A stretch of DNA of 64,000 nt, taken from NCBI GenBank assembly GCA_976551045.1, contig CDPCPM010000049.1:6386001-6450000 (forward strand). The letters run 5' to 3'. Below are positions 1 through 10,601 of this stretch, piece after piece. The notes beneath the pieces are model-generated. The model had not been told where the DNA came from and did no database searches. It saw nothing but the letters and a program-made list of their open reading frames with translations. This DNA comes from Glaucostegus cemiculus (taxonomy: Eukaryota). Numbering within the stretch: position 1 is the stretch's first letter; each line of letters opens with the position of its first letter. Position numbers and translations under genes: made by a program.

Positions 1-1281
1 TCCCAACCCCTAAAGATAGACTAACAATCAGCAGAATGTAGGTTCTCTCTGGGCACGGGTTGGAATTGGTGTCAGAACAAGCAAGGCAGAAAGTGCAGAA
101 CAAAGCACAGGGTGGGACTGTGGACCACTGACGGGTGGGAGTCACAGAAGAGGAACAGGTCAAGAATGTCCTGCTGAACCATAAACTATAAACAGCTTTG
201 CTGGTTTGCATTGGCACTCTGCGTTCCCTGAGGAGACTGAGCTTGCATTCTACCCAACCTTCAGCAATGTAGACAAAAGTAATTTGAAAGGGCCATGAGA
301 ATTGACTGCCAGTCCTAAACTGACATTTCCCCCGAGATCTCCAGGAAGTTTCCAGTGTCAGTTAGTGGAGAGTAAAATGTGTCATGTCTATTTTACTCTC
401 CCTTGACAGGATGTCAACTCTTCCAAAAAGGATTTAGTTTTCCAAATAACAGGATAGGAGCACATTTTGTTGCTTGTGTTTTAAAACTTCATATGTTGTT
501 TCAGTATATTTAATTTGTTTCTTGTGACAATATAGTTAATAACTATATATCCAGTCCATGAAGCCTACAGCCTTAAGAAATATACTGGTTGGGCTGAGAT
601 GGGTATGGAGGGGGTTGGAGCCTGTACCAGCAGCCTGGAACATTAAAAAATCTGAAAGACTATATTGGGTTTGTGGATGAACATTGTTGCAACAAGATCT
701 GCTGTCATTTACCTCAATTATTTCTTGTATTGTTTTGACCATATAATAGAAGATTAGTTAGAAAACAACAGCTTTTAGATTATAAAATTGTGCTTGAATG
801 ACTTCAGTTATCGCATTAATGTGGTGCTTTATGAATTGATCCTGAGTTTAGTTCTTTTTCTAGTTTAGAAACATGGACCCTGTTCCATTGTATATTTAGA
901 TCAAGACTGTTGTGTGCCTTAATATATTTACTTGCTTTTATTTAAAAAACAATGCTGTCCTTGTCTTTATTCACACCCAACTCTCATTTGCTCATTGTTC
1001 CTGACATTGCTCATGGTTCCATGTCTGGCAACTCCCCAGTTTTTGTGAAAAAAAATCATCTCTCTGTTTCCTAATCCAGCCATTGTGTTACCCTTTCCTA
1101 TTACCATCCTCTAGCCTTCCATCCTTTCAAGATCTCTGTGCATATTTAACTGTTGTCTCTTGTACATCATTGATTTTACTCCCCCTGTCCAGACACCCCT
1201 CAGCTCTCATCTTCCTTCCCAGTTTGCCTGCCTCTTCTCTTTTGAGATTATTGGCCAAACTTTTGATCATCCATCTTATTA

Positions 1282-1850
1282 GGGTAAAACTCCAATAATC
1301 TGGCAACATAATGTTCAGAAATCCTGATGGTTCAACATTAGGGACATTTAAGAGACTCTTAGATAGACACATGAATGATAGAGAAATGGGGGGCTATGTG
1401 GGAGGGAAGGGTTAGGTAGATATTACAGCAGGTATAAAATGTCGGCACAACATTGTGGGCCAAAGGGCCTGTACTGTGTTGTTATGTTCTATCTGGCTTG
1501 CTCGTTATTCTGGAGTGTAAACTGGGGATTTGGACTGCAAATGGGGTGTGTGCCCAGCGCCAGAGTCTGGACTTATGGGCCAGCTGTGCAGCCAGAGTCA
1601 GGACTGGGGTGTGTGAAACATCAAGGGCCAGGAACATGGATAGATGTGACTGGAAGAGGGGTCCTGAGTGCTTCTACATTTTCCAGTTCCTTAAACTCAC
1701 CAGATTCATTGGAAAATCTATTATAATACTGTGTTACATATATAAAAAAATGAAATAAAAGTTTGTTTGGGTATTAATAGCAATAGTATTCAGTCTGCCT
1801 GTCCAACACTACCAAAGACCCAAGGATGCTGGATTACTGGAGTTTGATTG
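1282..1850. mobile_element. Tc1/mariner (pogo/Tigger-like) non-autonomous DNA transposon, with a CR1 3' end nested inside
   Basis: Left end GGGTAAAACTCCAATAATCTGGCA versus reverse complement of right end CAATCAAACTCCAGTAATCCAGCA (17/24 identical). TA dinucleotides flank both ends (1280-1281, 1851-1852). Confidence 0.6.
1335..1492 (+). mobile_element. CR1 (HER1-like) LINE 3' terminus
   Basis: gggacatttaagagactcttagatagacacatg (end of ORF2), then gggccaaagggcctgtactgtg and an atgttctat tail typical of CR1 3' UTRs. Confidence 0.8.
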
Positions 1851-1908
1851 TATCTGTTTATGTGAATGTGCTTGATCATCATTTCTTAATGTTCCTCTGA
1901 ATTGCCTC

Positions 1909-2030
1909 AATCAGAATCAGTTTTTATTGTCACTTCTACACACACATTCAGCATGCATGGGAACGAAATACCGTACTCCACAGATCAAGGTGCTTGTTAC
2001 ATTAAAAAAAACAATGAGAGACACAGATGC
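1909..2030 (-). mobile_element. 3' tail of a non-LTR retroelement ending in (TCTGAT)n (Rex1/L2-like)
   Basis: aatcagaatcagtttttattgtcac...gaaataccgtactccacag, shared with copies at 2831, 52731 and 39975. Confidence 0.6.
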
Positions 2031-2830
2031 CCTTGCCAAATAAAGGACATCTGTCAGCTGTTTTGCTGTTTGTATAGTCATCCGGCCGGTAATGGAATCC
2101 TATCTTTCACCACTTATTCTGGAGACATAACCATCAACCTGATTTACCCATTCTTTATAATGGAAGATAAAGCAAATAGCAGGAAGGTAGGCTGATCCTT
2201 TACAGCATTGTGGAAGTATAGAAACAGCCTTTCATTCGACATATTAGTAAAAATGATGCAGCAGGAGTGGGAAGTGAGGGAAAAGTGAAATAAATTCTGG
2301 AATAACTGCTGAAGGATAAGAATGGTTGAGGGTCAAAAAAAACTACAATTTTTCAAGCAAGATAGTGTGTTAAAAGATTTCATGAAAGTGTTCCTGAAAT
2401 AGTGGATGCACTTAACATGTTACAAGTGGCATCTCTTCTGGTTGTTTCAGATTCTGAAGACAAATTGTTAGTCCTATTTGAACATTTTAGGCATAGATGA
2501 CATAAGTGCTGGAGACTGTAACAATTATCTATTTTAACCAATCAGGAGTTTTGGAGCACATGACACTTTGAGGTGTGAACACTTTTCAAGTGTATTGCAA
2601 TGTGACACTAAGTGTGATGAATACATCTCAGGTGTTGCCACAGTATTGCCCAATTGCCATTTTTCAAATATGGTGTTGAGTGTCATTGTCACATGCCAAA
2701 CACAAGATGCTGAATTATAGAGGTTCTGTTCAGCAGTGGAGTGGAACATTGTTTTGATCATAAGGCATTATGCCTTAGAATGATAGAATGCAAATTGTGC
2801 CATGTTTACAGATGCTGGAACAGGCAAATT

Positions 2831-3150
2831 TCAGAATCAGAATCAGTCTATTGTCACTTTCATGTATACATGAAGGCGAGATATCGTACTCCACAGGCCA
2901 ATGTGCAAAAGACATTAAAGACAATAAAGGACAACAGGACAAAAACATCAAAACATTGGAGCCGCATGGACTTCGGTCTGCTGGTACAACACGTCTCCCA
3001 GAACCTCAACATTACATCTCCCAGCCCCCAGCCTCACCCCGCACCGACGACCACCTCCAGCCCCCGCAGTCCTACAACCTCTGGGCCCACAGTCCAACAA
3101 CAACCTATGGCCCCGCAGTCCGATCCGATGACCACCTCCGGCCCCGCAGT
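2831..3150 (-). mobile_element. Second (TCTGAT)n-tailed retroelement fragment, with an attached GC-rich minisatellite
   Basis: tcagaatcagaatcagtctattgtcac...gagatatcgtactccacag, followed by CpG-rich tandem units. The distal boundary is uncertain. Confidence 0.55.
3037..3150. repeat. GC/CpG-rich minisatellite, ~21-28 bp unit like ccccgcagtccgacgaccacctccgg, about 4.5 copies
   Basis: Repeated ccc(c/a)cagt and gaccacctcc motifs are directly visible. They explain the Pro/Thr-rich ORF 2741-3169. Confidence 0.75.
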
Positions 3151-6100
3151 GTTTGCTTTTGCAAAATAGAAAGAAAATGTATATTGGAGATTGGGTACAA
3201 TAGCTCTTTCTGATGCCTGTTTCAAAGGATAGTGACCATTACTTCAGTTACCCTTCATTCCATTTAAACAAATTAGCTATATTTAGCTTAATGATTCACA
3301 ACTCCAACTGTCTGACAATCTGAAGTCTCGTCAGCACTCCAGCCAAAAAATTGCTGGCTTTATCTTTGGAGTTCTTGTCCAATCTGAGGTGTTTCAAGTT
3401 AGGACTTGTCCAGCTGAAGCTTGATCACACCAACTAAAAAATGATTCGTATGATGCATTTAACTTTATACTTGTCGTTTCCCATATTTGTAAGACTAGTT
3501 CATTTACTGGAGTGCCATGAAAAAATGTTGTCCTTTAACATTTGGGTATCGCCATATTTGTACATTCCCAAACAGAGAACTACACACACAGGAAACACAG
3601 GCTTGAGAAAGGTTGGCACTACTGCAACCCTGAATGTTCAATCCATGGACTGCCAAGTCTTGCTAGTAGTGTGGATCGTGGAATAACCATAATTCATGAA
3701 CAGTTGGGTTCAGCAATATGCAGAGATAATATCATGAGACTCTAATACAGAGACAGAAGCTCAGTTAGGGTGAAGGTTTAAAGTTTCTAATTTTCCAGCA
3801 GTGTCTCTAATCCTTCATGTCCATTAAGGCTACATCCAAACAGAAGAGCCTCCAACAATTTCCTCTGTGGGTACTAAGCCAGAGAATGATCTTTTCCGAG
3901 TCTGAATTGTCATCAGGTCACTGGTAATTTGGTGCTGTTGCTGAATGACATTGGAAAATTTACCCTGAGACTTTAGCTAATAATACATGCAGGGCAAAAG
4001 AGTTGGGAACCCACATTTTGTACTCCTCTGCAGCAGGATTGCACCTCTAGAAAGCAAAGCAAAATGGTTACTTCTCCATGTGAAATTACAGTGCTTGTCC
4101 ACAAGTAAACAGGTTTGATTTGAAGTAAATTTAATATACAGAAGCACTCTTCAAGTCGTTCATCTAATTTGGAGTAAGTGTGTAATGCAATGATTTTACA
4201 AATGGATTTTGTCAGATAGTTCCAACTCTTGACTGCATGCATTCATCCAATTCAGTTGGTATAATGTAGGGGCTTGATATGATTTGAATTGCTTGTTAGA
4301 TGAGTTTGGTATGACATTTCTAGTATTTCAATAACTAATTACTTCACATGCTAACATTTAAAACTGCAGACTGTCAAAGAAACCATTTATTTCATGAAGT
4401 TCAATTTTATTTTGCTTTCACTGCCAAATTGCATTCCATTTAATGAACAGAATATTTACAATTTAGACTGAAAAAGAAGGATTTTTCTGGCTCAGCACCA
4501 CCTAACTGTTAATTCAGTAATGCTATTCTTCAGAACACTGAGTACATTTAACAACAAAAAAGTTGTGGGGGTGCAAATAGCTCTTATGCCCTTTTTAATA
4601 CAAAGGATGTAACTAGCATGAGCAACATTTTGAAACTTTTTAAAATTGCCAATCAGCTAACACTGTAGTGGGTAGACTGTAATGAAACCAAATCCTTCGA
4701 TTATTTTCAGAAGTATAACAAACTCGCAATATTCCCCTTCTTTCAGCATTCACTCTCCTTTTTTCTTAAATGACTGCTAAATGTCATAAGATGGAATTTA
4801 ATGATTTGATTTTTTTTTTCATGACGACTTCTTTCATAAAATAGCTCATAGGGTCATGTTAGCAAACTATTAACTGTTTGGCAGAAAGTAGTTTTATTTT
4901 TCCCTAATTTAGCTAATTTATTTTGCCCCAAATTTATGCTTATCTTCATTATATTAATGGGATTGATCTTTTGAGCAAATGGATTCCAGTGGCTAGAACA
5001 TTATCGGGTGGCCTTTGCATCTGCTCACTAATATTTGGTTTCCAAGGTCATTTGTTAATTCAAAGTTAGTTCAGAAGAAGGAAATGCATCCAACACTGAG
5101 GAGTTAATTGATCAGAGCTGGGAGCAGCATTTGGTGATCTGATAAATAACGTGAAATCCTTGCCTGCAAATGCATGTTGTTGAGAAACCTATGATTTCAA
5201 TTAAACGTTGTCAAGTACTTAAATTATTGGTTGCAGTGGACAGTGCCTCCTATGAATAGCATAATAAAGTTTGCTTTATTTGAAACTCCATCATGTAGCC
5301 CTAACAAGAGTCCTGTCGCAAACCATTATTTAAGCCTGCAACATGTGGACACGGACAGAATCCACAAAGCAGTTTTCAGGTTGTTTTTCAGTTTGCTCTT
5401 GGTCTTGGTGATGCTGGATGGAAGCTGTCCATTCTTAATTGCCATGATAAGTTGTTGATGGGACTTTTCCACTGAAATCTTTGTGGTGATGGTCCCCACT
5501 ATTTAGGTAGAGAGTTCAGGAATATTGACTACAAATGTGCATTTCAACTCAAATGATGTGCAACTTGGAAGGGAATTTAGAAATTATATTGTTCCCAAAA
5601 CATTACAGCTGTCATCCTTCCCTTTCAAAGTGACACTGGTATAGATAGGTGATTAATATCTGAATGTTACCAAAATGTTTCCATGCAAATCATTCAGAAA
5701 ACTTTGACTAAATTTAGCTGATAATAGCATAAATTAGCTGAGACCCAAAACATACTCTACTCTAACCATTTAGCATTGCTATACATGCTCTTGATGGAGT
5801 TCCTGCTACTGAAAATTCCAGTTTAAAATGGGCTGTTCTTATTGTCAGCTGAAAGCCATTAATATTAGCATTACTGGCATCGTCTATGTTGTATGTTCTG
5901 GCATTTTCTTTATTGCTCTGTTTATTTTGATCTGAAACAGCTGGTGTTTTATTAGAAAATATGCACTACTTTATATCAGCCTGCAGATTATGGCCAAACC
6001 TCATGTGACAAACTGCATTAGTAGTTACAGTGATGAAGCTGGATTAGCTCATCGTCAACAAACAGGTTGGTCTTACAGCTGGGCCATCTTCTGTGAGGGA

Positions 6101-6498
6101 TCACTTGGTTCACATTGAACTTAAACTGGTTCACACTGACTTTAAGATGAAAATATGTCTGAATGTGTGCCCCTGACAATATGTTTTGTCTGATTACCTT
6201 GATTGAGAAAATGATATTTCGAGAACAATCAGAACCAACACATTGTTCCAAACTTTAAATTTTGGTGAAGGCCTCTGACAGGAATGTTTAGCACACATAC
6301 ATGGGAATAACCATGAGATTGCTTGCATACACCTATCAAAAGCAATGGTAGCTACTTCATTCCTTGGAGGATGATACAACTCAAGCAGAAAGCAGTGAGC
6401 AGAATTGGAAGAAGGCTCTGATGCTCCATAAATTTGAATGCTTTTCATTTGATCAAATTGGGTATCCTTGGGACTGAGAATTACAGAGTCATCGGGCA

Positions 6499-6754
6499 AA
6501 ATTATTTTTTAAAATTTTATTGACAGCGTGGTAACAGGCCCCTTCGGCCCAATGAGTCCGCGCCGCCCATTTTAAACCCCCAAATTAACCTACCCGTACG
6601 TCTTTCAGAATGTGGGAGGAAACCGGAGCACCCAGAGGAAACCCACACAGACACGGGAGAACGTACAAACTCCTTACAGTCAGCGACGGGAATCGAACCC
6701 CAAACACTGGCACTGTAACAGTGTCGTGCTAACTGCTACGCTATTGTGCCGCCC
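6499..6754 (-). mobile_element. tRNA-derived V-SINE (HE1-like), nearly full length
   Basis: Reverse complement has a tRNA-like head (A box tagcgtagcagttagc, B box ggttcgattccc), a V-domain core (gtgggtttcctctgggtgctccggtttcctcccaca) and a CR1-like tail (gggccgaaggggcctgtt). Near-identical to 37880-38121. Confidence 0.88.
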
Positions 6755-6932
6755 TTTCTGCCTTATGATGGCAGAAAGTTCCTCTTATCTGTGGTCTGAA
6801 AACATGCTACTTCTGCCAATGCACTTGCCTTCACACCGAGATGTGATCTAGTACAAGACGTACAGTAGATTGCCAACAACTCATTCTTAACTACTGTTCA
6901 AATATAAATTACTTATACACACAGATGCAACA

Positions 6933-7328
6933 CTTTTTTCCTTGGCGCATAGGAAGCTGAGGGGTGACGTTATTGAAGTAAAAAAATCATGAGGGTGAAT
7001 GGTTATAATCTTTTACCCATGGTAGGGGAGTCTAAAAGTAGAAGGCATAGTTTTAAAGTGACAAGGGAAAGATTTAAAAGGGACCCGAGGGGCAACTTTT
7101 TCCACACAGAGGGTGGTGGGTATGTGGAAGGAGGAAGTGCCAGAAGCAGGTACAATTACAATGTTTAAAAGGCATTTTAAAAGGCAGGCACATAGGTAGA
7201 AAAGGTTTAGAGGGATATGGGCCAAATGCAGGCAAATGGCACTAGCTCAGGTCGGCAACTTGGTTGGCAGGGGTGAGTTGGGCCAAAGGACCTGCTTCCG
7301 TCCTGTCTAACGACACGACTCTATGACT
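6933..7328 (+). mobile_element. CR1 LINE 3' fragment
   Basis: ggaagctgaggggtgac, ttttccacacagagggtggtggg, gggccaaaggacctgcttcc and an acgactctatgact tail. Confidence 0.85.
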
Positions 7329-7429
7329 TAGTGTGGTTGGCTTTGATCTGTCAGTCTAATGAAAGATGTGAATTCACCAAAGCTTTCAATTTCATATGCA
7401 TCATGACTGCCTGCTCTGGTAAAGTAATG

Positions 7430-7602
7430 GCAGGAGAGGCCCTGAGTGTTTAAAGGTTTCATGGGAGACTGAGGCTCCATGGGTTAAAAGGCAGTACAAG
7501 GGACAGAGATTTAAAGTGTTAAAAGGCAGCATGGAGGACAGGCCACATGGATTTAAGGACGGCATGGGACTTGGAGGTTCTGGGGCTTAAAGGGAGCTAT
7601 GG
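7430..7602. repeat. Degenerate minisatellite, ~35 bp unit like ttaaaaggcagcatgggagactgaggctccatggg, 4-5 copies
   Basis: Recurrent ttaaa(a)gg...catgg...gagg motifs at roughly regular spacing. Confidence 0.55.
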
Positions 7603-8391
7603 TGATAACTCAACTGCGAGTCATTCAGCCTGCAGCCTAGCCTAGATCCCTAGAACCTTCCGCAGAGAAACATCTGCAGTCTTGTCCTGGCTGCCGTCAG
7701 CATATCATGATCTCTTGGTGTTCAGACTATTGATGCACTGATTGGGACTTCATGATTGTGCCAGTGTTATTGCCTAGTTAGCAATAGGCACCATAGGTTG
7801 GCATGTATATCATGATTATAGGCACAGCCGGTTTCTGAGCTACTTTGAGCTGTTTCTTAATATCTGTTTACCTGATCAGATGAAATGCAACTATAGCACT
7901 CCACCTCTCAACAAGAGCAACGTACTGGATTTCATCACAAGTCGTGCTAGATATGCTGGTTGAAATCAAATGGTAGTGGATGATGGAAGTCTGAAAAGTT
8001 GCAGGTGTCCAGGGATATGAGTATCTCTAGAAGTAGCTGAGTTGCCAGACCAGCTCATTTGTGATTGCAAATCACCAATTGAGAATGCCATTCCTCTTCT
8101 AATGATTCTTATTTCAGAAGTCAGATGGATTTAAAGGTAGCACAGGAGAGAGATGAATGAAGCTAAGGTTAGTCATATCCCTATGGGATGTCCAGCTGCT
8201 CAAGCTCTGCCCTGGACTGAGGTGAGTAGTGGAGAGGGAGATCGATTGGATGGACTCACACCTGAGCTCCAGCTCATTCCCGCTCAGGCTCAGACATCAG
8301 GAACAGTTGTCCCACAATGGAGTCCTCGCTGGCTGTTCTGTATGGAAGTAAAAGCTAAGAGCATTTTAGTCAAATGTGTTTTTCAGTAAAG

Positions 8392-8512
8392 CTGATTGAG
8401 GAATAAATGTTGTTCAAGACTTTATGAATAACACTCTGACCTCTCAAAGTAGTGCCTTGAGATTTTGTTTTGCATTGACCTGAGGTGGGGGGCGGGGGCC
8501 TTTGTTTATAGA
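8392..8512 (-). mobile_element. Deu-domain SINE remnant (SacSINE1/AmnSINE1-like)
   Basis: gaggaataaatgttgttcaagac...agtagtgccttgagatttt...acctgag...ggggcctttgttta resembles the reverse complement of the recalled Deu central domain. Confidence 0.55.
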
Positions 8513-8602
8513 CCAGATTGTGTAGTTTTAAACCAAACTCTCCATTGTTCAATGCGTTTTCAACTTCTGTATGTGGATTGTAGCACAGAAGTCAAAGACG
8601 TT

Positions 8603-8952
8603 TCTTTTTCATTTTGCATGGCACGGGCAACGCAGGCGATGCCAGCATCAGTTGCCCTCGATGAGCCGCTTGCTTCAAGCTCTGTTGTCTTCATGGTGCG
8701 AGTAGGGTTCCAGGACTGGACCTATTGGCAATGAAGAACAGGTGACATATTTTCAAATGTTGATGTGCGAATTGAAGGGAACTTGCATATGGTCGCATTT
8801 CCTTGTCCTTGCTGCCCTTGAGTTAGATGGCTGGGGAGGTGATAGCAAAACAAAACCCTGACAAGTTCCTGCAGTGCATTTTGTGGATGCTAGCCACAGA
8901 CATGCTGGTAGTGGAAGAAGTGAATGTTTCAAGTGGCAGATCAATCAGGTAG
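8603..8952 (-). mobile_element. Old L2/CR1-group LINE 3' fragment (family distinct from the HER1-like CR1)
   Basis: Homologous to 19030-19440, 31205-31830, 35325-35615 and 39480-39845, with shared gttccagga...gaagaacagg and gcattttgtggatg motifs. Confidence 0.55.
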
Positions 8953-10558
8953 GGAGTGCAATCACAACTAGGTAGGAATGTATCGGGCAGCATTTCCACT
9001 GATATGAAACATTAACAGGAGGGGCTGGATAGAAAGCATGAGTCACTATATCTATGAATTCAGGTTACGTAGGTACATCCCACCTTATATGATTTCAGTG
9101 CAGTGAATTTCAGAAGGAACTAAACTCTGGGGTTTAGTTGGCAGCTTTAAGCATTCCATCTGCAGGTTTCAAAGTGGTCTGGCACCAGAATGATTCCTTT
9201 CTGTCTGCTTGTCTCCAGGCAACGGAGGACACCAATTTGATAACAATTCCCTGTTGCTATCCTTGCTCCATGATTTTGACAAACAAACATAAAAATGCTG
9301 AAGTCTCCAGTAAAATAATCATAAGAAGCTCAAGCTGGTATCTAAGGTTAGAAACATTCCAGATATTGACACAGATATATTAAATAATAATGATGTGGTT
9401 CACATGTTAGAAATCTTGTTAGCAGTATATAGGTGCTGGTGAGGTGTTCAACTGATTATGTAAGGTCCTTAACTTGTGACTATTACTGTTGCAGAAATCT
9501 TTTTTTTAAATTCTTTCTTAAATACCAGCATTTCATTTAAAATTTAAGATTAAGGTAGATGACTCTCTATTAAAAGTGACATGGGAAGATATTATTTTTA
9601 GTTCCCTTCTGGTTACTTTATTACTGCTTGCTGCTGTGAAAACAGGTTACCCCTCATTCCCCATTTTTGAGACCATTCCCTCAGTCCCTTTCCCATCATT
9701 ATCCTTTAAACGCTGACATTTTCTCATTATTTTTATCGTAGCCTTGTTTTCTTTCACTGAAATTTCTGGCCTAGGCAAAGCATTCCACTGGGTCTAATTT
9801 GTGACCTTTGCTCTGGCTGGGGGGAAGGGCAAGTTTGTTTCTCTTTATGCACATGCTTTCCTTTTTGACAACCATTTCTTTCATTTGAAACAATTCTGCT
9901 TCCTTTTGGAATTCTTGTGAGTTTTATTTGATGGTAAAAATACTAGCTTGTCTCTCACCATATGTTATCATTTTCTGTTTACTATGTTCCACACAGCCAC
10001 ACATTTTTTTGCACTAATTTATTTTGCGATATTCCTCAAAGGGCATAATCTGTTCTCCAGTACTATGTCCAATTGTGTGTTCTTTGTGAGAGATGAAACA
10101 GTTAACACTGGCGTGATTACTCAGTGGGGACTAGCACAGATAAACATGCTTTGATTTTGCTGTCATATCTCTAGTTTACTAGCACAGGTCATATGGATAG
10201 TTATCAGGAACAGGAAGCCAGACTGTTTTCTTTCCCCTCTTCCGAGTTCAAAGATGTCACAGTTATTGGTAGCCTCCTGACAAACTGCAGTACTGGTATG
10301 AGGAAATTAGCATTGGATTTTCCCCGCTGCAGACAATGCAGTCATCTGCCAATCAGTTGGGTACCTTGTGTTCTTTCTTAGCAGAACTGCTGTAAGCCTA
10401 TTCCAGAAATAAAACCAAATTGAATAATATTGAAGGGATTTAAATAATTGGTTTTTGAAAACAATTCCACTGAAACTGCATGAGTTATTGTGATGACAGT
10501 GGAGAACCATTAGTGAAAGAAAAAATTGCATCTTTGTGCACCTGACGAATCAGCAGCT

Positions 10559-10601
10559 TGCTGGTGGTCTTTCTCAATAGGGTTGAGAAAGACCACCAGC
10601 A
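10559..10601. repeat. Perfect 19-bp inverted repeat with a 5-nt loop
   Basis: TGCTGGTGGTCTTTCTCAA-taggg-TTGAGAAAGACCACCAGCA; the arms are exact reverse complements. Confidence 0.97.

Noticed and set aside
390-460. Pyrimidine tract plus cag|gatgtc resembling the start of a calcium-binding EGF exon (DV...)
   Set aside because: The frame has no cysteines, stops within 16 codons and has the wrong phase for SCUBE1 EGF exons.
2741-3169. Longest ORF (142 aa) with a mucin-like Pro/Thr/Ser tail
   Set aside because: The low complexity comes from the GC-rich minisatellite and a retroelement tail; there is no splice or homology support.
6612-6851. Near-identical ORF peptides at 6612 and 37979 (MGGNxSTxRKPTQT...) suggesting a duplicated small gene
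   Set aside because: Both are antisense readings of V-SINE copies, not genes.
3037-7602. Short repeat arrays (3037-3150 and 7430-7602) considered as CRISPR-like
   Set aside because: The units are degenerate tandem repeats without unique spacers, there are no cas genes, and the context is a vertebrate intron.
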